A stretch of 63,243 nucleotides of DNA, counting the filler, from Chiloscyllium plagiosum (Eukaryota), in assembly GCF_004010195.1 (NCBI RefSeq). It is 5 parts of one record of this genome, joined end to end, with 100 filler letters (N's around TTAATTAATTAA, not from the genome) between each part and the next. Parts side by side here need not be neighbours in the genome. Positions count along the whole stretch, not along the records: positions 40,050 to 59,714 come from NC_057710.1; positions 59,815 to 63,243 come from NC_057710.1; 3 more parts are not named here. One strand, given 5' to 3'. Shown one piece after another: positions 50,690-62,699 of the stretch (the stretch's first letter is position 1; every line of letters begins with the position of its first letter). The translations under genes and the position numbers were made by a program. Under the pieces are notes generated by a model. That model was not told the DNA's origin, searched no databases, and saw nothing but the letters and a program-made list of their open reading frames with translations.

Positions 50690-52670
50690 ACTCCCAGGTA
50701 TCTCGATATATAGCGATCGTGTTGGGCGAGCTAATGGAGCTAACGATAGACAAGTCGCCTGGCCCTGATGGAATACATTCCAAGGTACTAAAAGAGATGG
50801 TAGGGGAAATAGCAAAAGCGCTTGTGGTAATTTACCAAACTTTGCTGAACTGTGGGGTAGTTCCAGCAGGTTGGAAAACAGAAAATGTGATGCCACTATC
50901 TAAAAAGGAGGTCGACAAAAAGAGAGTAACTAAATCCATTAGCTTAATCTCTGGGGAAAATTCTTGAATCTATAATGAAGGAAGGAATAGTAAGACACCT
51001 GGAAAGAAATTGTCCCATTGGGCAGATAGAGCATGGGTTTATGAAAGTCAAGTCATGTTTAACTAATTTACTAGAATTCTTTGAGGACATTATGAGCAGG
51101 GTGGACAACAGAGAACCTGTGGATGCAATGTGTCTGGATTTCCAGAAGCCATTTGACAAAGTACCACACAAAAGTCTGCTGCATAAGAGAAAAGTGCACA
51201 GCATTATGGGTAATGTATTAGCATATGGGTCTGTTCTCATTGAAAAGAAGAAGGCTAAAAGGGGATTTGATAGAGACATACAAGATGATCAGAGAGAGTA
51301 GACAGTGAAAGGCTTTTACCTAGGATGATGACGTCAGCTTGTATGAGGGGGCCTAACTACAAATTGAGAGCTGATAGATTTAAGACGGATGTCAGAGGCA
51401 GGTTCTTTACTCAGAGAGTGGTAAGGGCGTGGAATGCCCTACCTGCCAATGTAGTTACATTAGGGAGATTTAAACAATCCTTGGATAAGTACATGGATGA
51501 TGATGGGATAGTGTAGGGGGACGAGCTGAGAATAGTTCACAGGTTGGTGCAACATTGAGGGTCGAAGGGCCTGTTCTGCACTGCATTATTCTACGTTCTA
51601 TGTTCTATAGATAGAAGATTGGTTAACTAACCAAAAACAAACAGTGGTGATAAATGGATGTTATTCTGGTTGGCGATCAGTGGCTAGTGGTGGACCTCAG
51701 TGATCAGTGTTGAGAATGCAATTATTTGAAAGTTACGCAGATGATTTAGAATTGGGGACCAGGTATAGTTGGTCAATGTTTGCAGATCACACTAAAATGA
51801 GTAGCAGAGCAAAGTGTACAGGGGACACTGAAAGTCTACAGAGGAATATGGACAGGTTATGTGAATGGGCAAGGGTCTGGCAGATGGAGTACAATATTGA
51901 TAAATAACAGGTCATCCATTGTAGTAGGAATAACAACAAAATGGACTGTTATTTTAATGGTGAAAAATTACTGCTTATTACTGTACAGAGGGACCTGGAT
52001 GCCTTGTGCATGAATCACAAAAAGTTGGTTTACAGGTGCAGCAGGTAATTAAAAATGCAAATAGAATATTGTCCTTCGCTGCTAGAGATGCAGAGTATTA
52101 TGCTGCAGCGTGTAGGGTGCTGGTGAGGCTATACCTGGAGTATTATGTACACTTTTGATCTCCTTACTTGAGGAAAGATATATTGGCACTGGAGGGGGTG
52201 CAGAGGAGGTTCACTGGGCTGATTCCAGAGTTGAGAGGGTTGCCTTATGAGGAGAGATTGAGTAGACTGGGATTATATTCATTGGAATTTAGAAGAATAA
52301 GGGGATCTTATAAAAACATATAATATTACGAATGGAATAGATAAGATGGAAGTAGGGAAGTTGTTTCTACTGGCGGGTGAAACTAGATCTACAGGGCATA
52401 GCCTCAAAATAAGGGGAAGCAGATTTAGGACTGAGTTGAGGAGGAAATTCTTCACCCAAAATGTTGTGAAAATACTGAAGTTGAGGCTGCTCCTTTGAAT
52501 GTTTTTAAGGCAAAGATAGATTTTTGAACAGTAAAAGAATGAAAGATTATGGTGATTGGGCTGGTAAGTGGAGCTGAGGCCATGAAAAGACCAGCCATGA
52601 TCCTACTGAATGGGGGCAGAGGCTTGATAAGCCAGATGGCCTATCCTGCTCCCAGCCCTTATGTTATGTT
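50690..52670 (+). mobile_element. CR1 LINE RT to tail, with nested younger CR1 3' end (~51225-51610)
   Basis: KSPGPDGIHSKVLKE, DFQKPFDKVPH and FADHTK. The nested piece carries FFTQRVVRAWNALP and a (ttcta)n tail. Confidence 0.9.
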
Positions 52671-53614
52671 CTGAGAGATAAAGAATTAAAACCAGTCTAG
52701 CTTTACGCTTTAAATCTTTGCATTTTCTAAAATCATGAGGAAAGCTAGTCTGAAAAAATTGAAAAAAAGTCAGAAGGCAGAATGTGAAGATCACAAGTAC
52801 TTTGACTTCTGGTCAATCATCTTTTTTATTCTGAAACACTTTCAATGTTTGATAAGAAGCCTTCGAATGTCTGATCTTGCAATCACAAATGGAAACACGA
52901 TGGTGGTACATCAGTGATTCTGTAATATAGTTTATGGAGGCAAGGCAGAGATTTATTTTATTTGAAGAAAAGCTATATTGAACTTGAAACATTGTCTCTG
53001 TTTCTGTCTCCATAGATACTGCTTAATATTTCCAACACTTTCCATTTTTATTTCTACTTGGTATCATTCCTGGGGCCTCCACTATAAACTCTCTTGCCAA
53101 TGGTTGGGGTTTGGGTTAATTTTCATCTGCTGTGGTAAATATCTTGTTCACTGCTGTTTTTGTCTGTGCATGTCCAATTCCTCTAGCCCCAGAGCCATTG
53201 CTGTTCGACATATCTCATGCTAAAAGCTTCAACTGTGTCACACAGCAGGCTCAGTCCTCAGTTGTTTTTGGTATCTTCAAATTGATTGTTACTTGAAAGT
53301 CATCAAGTCTCCTGGATCAAATCCAGCAGTTTCCTCTTGGCACATAGCCATAGGAGGACAGTCATTTGCAGTGAGATGACCTTTCCCACACAGTCTGGGC
53401 AACAATCCTCAGGTCATTGGATTCACCGGAAATTTACATTTTTATGTCCATTTTGGTGGGATTTGGCTTATAAAATCAGTCACCACAAAATACTAATGAA
53501 TTTAGCCTTGATTTATACCTCCTGCTATGTGGGATATGAAAAGTCAAATCAGATATAATTCATGCAATTACAACATGAAATTTGTATTTTTTCCTTGGGA
53601 CAATCTGGGATTAT

Positions 53615-53930
53615 CAGTTAGACTCAGTGTTAGTATATCCTCTTTTGTTAGAAGGTCCAAGGGTTCAAACCTTACTATAAATCTTGAAGGCTTTATCTAA
53701 GCTACCCTCCAATGCAGTGCAGAAGGGAGTGTATCATCTTCAGAGGTGTCATCCTTCAGACATTGAACTGAAACCCCCACCCTTTGCCTCTTCTGTAGTT
53801 CAGATAACATTGGTGATCTTACATTGGGAGCATGACAGGCCAAAGATCCTTCCTGCAACTAACACTGTGAAAACAAATAAAGACTAATTGACCATTAATA
53901 TAATTCACATGAGCACCTTTACTGTTTGTG
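53615..53930 (+). mobile_element. Degenerate Deu-domain SINE
   Basis: ggttcaaacc B box and ctccaatgcagtgcagaagggagtg..agaggtgtcatccttcaga Deu-like core. Confidence 0.55.
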
Positions 53931-53991
53931 ACAACTAACTCAAACAACTTATTGTTCGTGAAATACACTAGGGTATTCCTCAAAAGAGGTG

Positions 53992-54547
53992 CTAGATTGA
54001 CGCTGTCTTTATAAACAAGTATAGATAGGCCCAGTAACCAGTCTGGTTCTTCCATCCCCTGACATGAATTCTTTGATCAAATGCATGCACATCCTCATAT
54101 TGACCAGGAGCACTGTCATTCCTGACAGAGAGAATGAATTTTTACAAATATAAATAAAAAGTTGAGTGACCCAAGATAAGCAGAGCCAACTAGGACTTTT
54201 TCTAAACTGTCCAGGTCTCAGTTAGGCCCTGAGACTGTGAGGTGGCCCTGTTAAGATGAATGCCCTGAGTTCATTGTTTGACTGACAATAGCCAAGTGAA
54301 GAGATTCCTTGTGAATTAAGGTGCTTTGTTGGTCATCAATCTGAAATGAAATGTCATCGATCTGTAATGTTGACTCTGCATCTCTCTATATATAGACTGA
54401 TGCTCCTACTGAGTATTTTTAGCGTTTTCTACCTTAATGTCAGATTTTTGCATCCGTAGTATTCTACTTATGGATTTGTGTAACATTGGACACTTACCTG
54501 TGACCTTCCCCAAGGAGGACCAGGAATGTAGCAATGGTCATCCACAT
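53992..54547 (-). CDS. Putative spliced 59-aa micropeptide, join(54547..54498, 54121..53992); unverified
   Basis: CAG|GTAAGT donor at 54498 and a pyrimidine-rich ctctctgtcag| acceptor at 54121. The phase-2 join stays open: MWMTIATFLVLLGEGH-R-NDSAPGQYEDVHAFDQRIHVRGWKNQTGYWAYLYLFIKTASI*. Confidence 0.25.
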
Positions 54548-54710
54548 GTTCCCTATTCATTTGTGGTAAAGCGAGATATCATTGCTTTGGGAGACTGTGG
54601 TCAAAGTGAGGGGACAGAGTGATATGCACTAGTCATGATTAAAGCTGTCACCTACTGCCAATGTTCATCTTAACAACACAATGTGGAGAAAAGCTGATGT
54701 ACATAGAAGT

Positions 54711-54844
54711 TAAAAATCATACAACACCAGGTTATAGTCCAACAGGTTTATTTAGAAACGTCCAAATAAGCCTTTTGGACTATAACATGATGTGTGATTT
54801 TTAACTTTGTACACACCCAGTCCAACACTGGCACCTCCAAATCT
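54711..54844. mobile_element. Palindromic PLE micro-insertion
   Basis: TSD tacatagaagt (54700-54710 / 54845-54855). Inverted gttatagtccaa / ttggactataac arms. Confidence 0.8.
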
Positions 54845-55334
54845 TACATAGAAGTGTAGTTCTTGTAATGGTGGCCACAGAAATTTTAAATCCTGCTGAG
54901 GTACATTTTCTTATTACCTGCTTATTTCTGATTATACGCTGCTCTTGTATATACCTGTAGGTTCCTTGCTGTTTTGCCCTGTTGTAGAAGCTTAACCCAC
55001 TTACCCGTGTTTATTGGGTTTTCACTCTTCAGGCTTCCTGTTTCTTCAATCCCGAAATAATGTTTATGATTTGAACTGATTGAAGTACAATTGAAGAAGA
55101 AGTTGAAGTGACGGAAGCAGAGTTACAAAATTAAATAATGAAGCGGCACGAATCAACAATATTTATAAATTGCATTCTGTAATCATCAATTCAGTCAAAT
55201 ATGGAGTCAAGAAACAAACATGAAAGCCATTTTATAAAGCTGAAGACTGTGTACTGACCAAGATTTAACTTTTCAAATAGGATGTTATTTTATTTTCGGT
55301 GCTGATGTGCACAAGTTCCTGAACCTTCAATTAT

Positions 55335-55615
55335 GTGGTGGCATGGTGGCTCAGTGGTTAGCACTGCTGCCTCACAGCGCTAGGGACCCGGGTTCAATTC
55401 CCGCCTCGGGCAACTGTTTGTGTGGAGTTTGCACACTCTCCCTGTGTCTGCGTGAGTTTCCTCCCACAATCCAAAGATGTGCAGGTTAGGTGAATTGGCC
55501 ATGCTAAATTGCCCATAGCGTTAGATGGATTAGTCAGGAGTAAATATAGGGGGGTGGATTTCTCACCAGTGTGGACTTGTTGGGCCGAAGGGCTTGTTTT
55601 CACACTGTAGGTAAT
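55335..55615 (+). mobile_element. V-SINE
   Basis: tggctcagtggttagc, ggttcaattcc, V-core and tail. Confidence 0.9.
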
Positions 55616-55791
55616 CATACACCATCCTGTATCTGTGCACAAACCTGCAACATGTGTGAAAGAGACTTTAATAGGAAAGTGCTCATGCACAGACCATAGA
55701 CCTAAAACACTATCAATCCTCAACAAAATGACAATGGTTGACAGCAATGAAGGGATGTTTTCCAGGATTTGGAAGTATATCACATTCCTTT

Positions 55792-56285
55792 GTAGAGTCA
55801 TACCGTAACTAGTCTGTGCTGACCATATTCCAACGTTAAACTAGTCCCACCTGCCTGCACTTGGCCCATATCCCCCCCAAACCTTTGCTATACATGAACT
55901 TCTCCAAATATCTTTTAAAAGTTGTAAGTATACCCCCATCTTCTGGCAGTTCATCACACCACTCTGTGTAAAAAAGTTGTCCCTCATGCCTTCTTCAAAT
56001 CTTTCTCCTCTCACCTTAAAAATTTACCCCCAGTCTTGAAATCCCCCATCCTAGGGAAAAGACACCTTATCTATATCCCTCATGATTTTGTAAATCTCTA
56101 TAAGGTCAACCCTCAACTTTCTTCACTCCAGGGAAAAGAGTCCCAGCCTAACCAGCCTCTCCTTATAACTCAAATTTCCACTCCCGACAACATCTTGATA
56201 AATCTTTTCTGAATCCTCTCCAGCTTAATAATATCCTTCCTACAACAGGGCAACCAGAACTGGATACAGTACTCCAGAAGAGACC
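55792..56285 (-). mobile_element. CR1 3' end
   Basis: LLEYCIQFWLP on the minus strand, and a tagagtcata tail. Confidence 0.85.
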
Positions 56286-57339
56286 TTGTTGTCACGAGGT
56301 AAAAATCCTGGACCTCACCACCCTTTTACCTACACTACATGGACTGAATGTTTAAGAAAAGTAACTCACCACCATCGTCACAAGAGGGATGGGTAACAAA
56401 TGCTGACCTAACCAGCAATTCTGATATCCCAGTTCTGAAGAAGGATCACTGGACTCAAAATGTTAAGTCTGCTTCCTCTCCACAGATGCTACCAAACCTA
56501 CTAAGTTTTTCCAACTATTGCTGCTTTTGTTTCAGATTTCAATCATTTGCAGTTCTTTATTTTATTTTAATATTTGGTGATCAGCATTATCTCCCATGCA
56601 AACAACCTAGTCATTAACGGGATACGTTTCACCGATGTACCTTTCCGGGATGTCAAGTTGCCAACTCTAGGTGGGCACATTCCTGGACTTTTAATCAAAT
56701 GGCCTTCCTCTCCCATACCACCCAGTCAATGAACTTGACTTGTTCCCCTATTTATGATACCTTTATTACTGAATAAAGCTTTTGAAGAAAAGGTAGAAGA
56801 ATCATATTTTTCATGTTCCACCCATCCCCCTCCCACATGAAATTCCTCCTGCATTGCTCACACAAAAGCACAGAATTGTTCCAATGCAAAGGGAGGCCAT
56901 TCGTCCAATCATCACAGTGCTGGGTTTCATCTCTCCTAGTGCCATTGTCCCACCTTCTCCCTGCATCCTGTATATAACCATCTAACTCTCTTTGGGAAAC
57001 TTTGATTAAAGTTGCATCCACCACATTCTCAGAAGTGGATTCCAGATCCCAACCACCTGCTACGTTAAAAGGTTTGCCCTCATATCACTTCCACTGCTTT
57101 TATGAATTACTTTATATCTGAACCAACTCGTTCTTGATCCTGTCGCAGGTGGGGATGTCTTCTCCTTATCTACTTTGTCCAGACTGCTCCTATTTTGAAT
57201 ATTTCAAACAGATTTCCCCTCAGCCATCTGGAATTAATTTCAAAATTTGTGTTGATCCCAGATGTATCCTTGGGATGGTGATTGGATACCATTGATATAG
57301 ACACGATTGCTGGAGCACACACTGGGATTTATTCTAATC

Positions 57340-57645
57340 TAAAAGCAAAATAGGATCACAGAATGAAAGTAAGCCCTTCGGCCCACACTGACCCTTCAAA
57401 GAATAACCTACCCCATTCCCTCTAACCTTGCATTTCCATGGCGAACCCACACATTCCTGAACATTACAGGACAATTTAGCATGGCCAATCCACCTAACCT
57501 GTACATCTTTGGATTGTAGGAGGAAATCCATGCAGACCTGGGGAGAACCATGTGAACTTCACATAGACAGTCAGCCAAGGGTAGAGCCAAACCTGGATCC
57601 CTGGCACTGTGTGGCAGCAGTGCTAATCATTGAGTCATCGTGCTG
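57340..57645 (-). mobile_element. Degenerate V-SINE
   Basis: catggccaatccacctaacctgtacatc core and tRNA head on the minus strand. Confidence 0.75.
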
Positions 57646-58879
57646 CTCTGGTTCTGAAAATCTGTAGTAATGCCCGACACCTGGCTCTCTTTTTTATGGC
57701 ATATGTGGAACACTTCCGTTCCAGGCTGCCATAGAATCCCTTCCTTAATTCTTTTCCCTGAACATTAATGGCTGTAAAAACACCTCATCTTCTGCCTCGG
57801 AACACTTCAACCCCAGGGCATCAAAATTAATTTGAAAATTTGTGTTGATCCCAGATGTATCCTTGGGATGGTGATTGGATACCATTGATATAGACACTAT
57901 TGCTGGAGCACACACTGTGGGATTTATTCTAATCTAAAAGCAAAATAGGATCACAGAATGAAAGTAAGCCCTTTGGCTTACTTTCAGGGAAAGTATGTTC
58001 AGGGAAAAGAATTGAGGAAGGGATTCTATGGCGATTTTGCTGAAGCTCCTCGGATGCTGCCTGAACTGCTGTGCTCTTCCAGCACCAGGTACTGGTGTAG
58101 TGTCCTACTCTCACTCTGAGTTGGAAAACTTCAGCAACTCTGCTTCCAATTTTCCCTTTTGACCAGTTTCATCTGGTTCACTATTCTCCCTCCCCTTCCT
58201 TGGCTTCTTTGCCCACATTTCTGGGGCTAAAGTGTCCACAAATATTCACTGCCAACCCCGCAAACTCCCCTCAATAACCAAGTGCAGCAAACATTGTTTT
58301 AACCAGCACCCTCTATAAACGAGCAACACGTATATACCTCAAATACCACAAACATGCTCTGTCCAATTATTGTAGTTTTAAATTTATTTACCTCAATATA
58401 AAGATGATTGTCCTTCAATCAATGGACACATGAAATATCAACAATTGATTCAATATTGAGTCAATTTCTCCTCAAATTCCGTAATGACTGTGTAGTCATT
58501 TGAGGGTGTGGATGAGAAGGGTCTCTGTCAGTATGTTTTATTTAAGGTAAAGTTGCATTATTATTTCAGTGATTTGTGCTGTAAATAAAGTATACCAGTG
58601 ATGTGTATACCCCTGCATTATGTTTCCATTACCGAGCATGGGTGTTTTTACAATGATTATATCGACTTCTTGATTAGCTGGAATTTTTGATCAACCGGTG
58701 AACTCCTGGTCCCATAGATACCTGTTAATAGTAAGTTTGCTGTAAGAACGCTGGCTGCTAGAAATCTGAACCGAAAACAGAAATTGCTGGAGAAACTCAG
58801 CATTTGGCAATCTGTAAAGAGAAAAGAGAGTCAACGTTTCGGATCCAGGGACCCTTCTTCCAGCAATTTCTCCAGCAAT

Positions 58880-61420
58880 TACTGCAGATTATATCTGCCA
58901 TAAATGCTGTTGGATGCGAATCTTATCAGATCGAATGGATCGGTTGGAGAGACAGTAAGAAGCTATGAGGAAATTGCAACAGCAACAGTATGTGTTGGAT
59001 GGCAGATATAGGAAGGGGGGAAAGTCTCAGATACAGTCACATAGATGGGTAAACTACAGGAACGGTAAGAGAGGTCGGCACCTAGGACAGGAGTCTTTTG
59101 TGGATATACCCATTTCAAACAGGTGTGCTATTTTGGAAAATGTAGGGGGTGATGGATTCTCAGGGGAACATAGCACGAACAGCCAAGTTTCTGCTATTGA
59201 GACTGGCTCTATTGCAACGAGGGGTACGTCGGCTTCCAAGAGATCAATTGTGTTCGGGGATTCTGTAGTCTGAGGAAAAGACAGACATTTCTGTGGCCAG
59301 CAGAGAAAAAGTAGAATGGTATGTTGTTTCCCTGGTGCCAGGATCAAGGATGTGTCGGAGAGGGTGCAGAATATTCTCACGGGGGAGAGGGGCCAGCAGG
59401 AGGTCCACATTGGAACCAAAGACATAGGAAGGGAAAAGGTTGAGATTCTGAAGGGAGATTACAGAGAGTTAGGCAGAAATTTAAAAAGGAGGTCCTCAAG
59501 GATAGTAATATCTGGATTACTCCCAGTGCTACAAGCTAGTGAGGGCAGAAATAGGAGGGTAGAGCAGAAGAATGCATGGCTGAGGAGCTAGTGTTTGGGA
59601 GAAGGATTCACATTTTTGAATCATTGGAATCTATTTTGGGGTAGAAGTCACCTGTTGTGGTTCTGTTCGCCGAGCTGGGAATTTGTGTTGCAGACATTTC
59701 GTCCCCTGTCTAGGNNNNNNNNNNNNNNNNNNNNNNNNNNNNNNNNNNNNNNNNNNNNTTAATTAATTAANNNNNNNNNNNNNNNNNNNNNNNNNNNNNN
59801 NNNNNNNNNNNNNNAGTAGGAGTATACGTAAGAGGGAAATCAGGAGGGCAAAAAGAGGACATGAGATAGCGTTGGCAAATAGAATTAAGGACAAAAGGGT
59901 AACTAGGGAGAAAATAGTGCCCCTCAAAGATCAGCAAGGCGGCCTTTGTGTGGAGCCACAGAAAATGGGGGAGATACTAAATGTGTTTACTATTGGAAAG
60001 GATATGGAAGATATAGACTGTAGGGAAATGGATGGTGACATCTTACAAAATGTCCATATTACAGAGGAGGAAGTGCTGATGTCTTGAAATGGGTAAGAGT
60101 GGATAAATCAGGTGTACCCGAGAACTCTGTGGGAAGCCAGAGAAGTGATTGCTGGGCCTCTTGCTGAGATATTTGTATCATCAATAGTTACAGGTGAGGT
60201 GCTGGAAGATTGGTGGTTGGCAATTGTCGTGTCACTGATTAAGAAGGGTGGTAAAGACAAGCCAGGGAACGATAGACCGGTGAGCCTGACCTCGGTGGTG
60301 GGCAAGTTGTTGGAGGGAATCCTGAGGGACAGGATGTACATGTATTTGGAAAGGCAAGGACTGATTAGGGATAATCAACATGGCTTTGTGCGTGGGAAAT
60401 CATGTCTCATAAACTTGATTAAATGCTTTAAAGAAGTAACAAAGAGGATTGATGAGGGCATAGTGGTAAATATGATCTATATGGACTTCAGTAAGATGTG
60501 CGACAAGGTTCCCCATAGGAAACTGGTTAGTAAGGTTAGATCTCACGGAATACAGGAGAACTAGCCATTTGGATACAGAACTGGCTCAAATGTAGAAGAA
60601 CAAGGGTAGTGGTGGAGGATTGTTTTTCAGACTGGAGGCCTGTGACCAGTGGAGTACCATAAGGATCGGTGCTGGGTCCTCTACTTTTTGTCATTTACAT
60701 AAATGATTTGGATGTGAGCATAAGAGGTACAGTTAGTAAGTTTGCCGATGACACCAAAATTGGAGGAGTAGTGGATAGCGAAGAGGATTACCTCAGATTA
60801 CAACAGGATCTTGACCAGATTGGCCAATGGGCTGAGAAGTGGCAGATGGAGTTTAATTCAGATAAATGCGAGGCGCTGCATTTTGGGAAAGCAAATATTA
60901 GCAGGACTTATACACTTAATGGTAAGGTCCTAGGGAGTGTTGCTGAACAAAGAGACCATGGAGTGCAGATTCATATTTCCCTGAAAGTGGAGTCGCAGGT
61001 AGATAGGATAGTGAAGAAGGTGTTTGGTACTCCTTTATGGGTCAGAGTATTGAGTATAGGAGTTGGGAGGTCATATTGTGGCTGTACAGGACATTGGTTA
61101 GGCCACTGTTGGAATATTGCATGCAATTCTGGTCTCCTTCCTAACGGAAAGATGTTGTGAAGGGAAAGAGACCTAAGGGGCAACTTTTTCACGCAGAGGT
61201 GGTACATATATGGAATGACCTGCCAGAGGAAGTGATGGAGGCTGGTATAATTGTAACACTTAAGAGGCATTTGGATGGGTATGTGAATAGGAAGGGTTTG
61301 GAGGGATATGGGCCGTGTGCTGGCAGGTGGGACTAGATTGGGTTGGGATACCTGATTGGCATGGACGGGTTGGACCGAAGAGTCTGTTTCCATGCTGTAC
61401 ATCTCTATGATTCTATGACT
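58880..61420 (+). mobile_element. Long CR1 copy or copies: ORF1 (coiled-coil/esterase) 58880-59650, then ORF2 RT to 3' tail 59815-61420, interrupted by a PLE (59655-59714) and a gap
   Basis: IPISNR..IL, IVFGDSVV, CFPGARIKDV and HIGTKD, followed by RPVSLTSVVGK, QHGFVRGKSC, FADDTK and the (ctatgat)n tail. Confidence 0.92.
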
Positions 61421-62059
61421 GTAATTTCTGTTTTTGTTTAAAACTAGATATGCTAGACAAACCAATTTTCAGCAATTAAACAGCTTCTCTTGTCTTTGCT
61501 TTCTCTCATTTTATTTCCCCTGATGTTTTCCCTCTGCTTCCCGTTTGGCTCCCACTGTTTTATAGTCTGTTCTCGCACGGGGTCTTTTCTTGGAGTGATT
61601 GACATCTTTGTTTGTCATAACCTCCCTGATGACACGTGTGGCACACGTAGTACAGCTGAAAACGATGGGGAATTTTATAAAGGAAAACAATGGCAAATAA
61701 TAATCTGCACGTACACTTAACATGAGCGGAAATAACTAAGAAAGATGTCAGGAAGGTTGCAAACGAAGGGCTGGATGATATACACAGTGGGGGTGGCGAC
61801 ACACTGAGGTAAAATGAGAGAAATTCCAATGTTCCTTAGACTAACAAACAACTATACCAGGAGTCCCAACCTCCCCACGCACTTCACTGACCTGCAGTGT
61901 GAGAGCACACGAGGGCAGTGTACTGTCTGAGTCTGCTCCAATCACTGGAGATTATTTGGTCCCTGGAGATTGTTGTGTCTTCCCTTGGGCAATAGTGTAA
62001 AGGAGCAACAAGATTTGCAGTTCAAAAAACCACAATGCAACATTCCCAAAGTAGTCTTG

Positions 62060-62699
62060 TTTAATTCACTCATGGAATGAGGGCATCGTTGGCCAGCATT
62101 TAGAACATAGAAGAATACAGCGCAGTACAGGCCCTTTGGCCCTCGATCAAAAAACCACAATGCAACATTCCCAAAGTAGTCTTGTTTAATTCACTCATGG
62201 AATGAGGGCATCGTTGGCCAGCATTTATTACCGATCCCTAATTGCCCAGGGGGCAGTTAAGAGTCAACCACATTGCTATGGGTCTGGGGTCACATGTAGG
62301 CCAGGCCAGGTACGGTTGGCAGATTTCTTCCTTAAAGGACATAGAACATAGAACATAGAAAAGTACAGCACAGAACAGGCCCTTTGGCCCACGATGTTGT
62401 GCCGAGGTTTAATCCTAATGTAAAATATAATAACTTAACCTACACACCCCTCAACTCACTACTATCCATGTGCATGTCCAGCAGTCGCTTAAATGTGCTC
62501 AATGAGTCTGCACGTAGACTTAACATAAGTGAGCAAAATGGGTTTTTCCGACAATCGACAATCAATGCTAAATTCCAGACTTTTTAAAAATTGAATTCAA
62601 AATCCACCATCTATCGCAGTGGGATTCAAACCCCAGTCCCCAGAACATTACTGGGGCCTCTGGATTAACTGGCCAGCAATAATGCCAATAGGCCATCGC
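62060..62699 (-). mobile_element. Family-2 SINE interrupted by two CR1 tails (62103-62146, ~62340-62510)
   Basis: Family tail, body, and tRNA-like head near 62600-62695. Confidence 0.72.
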
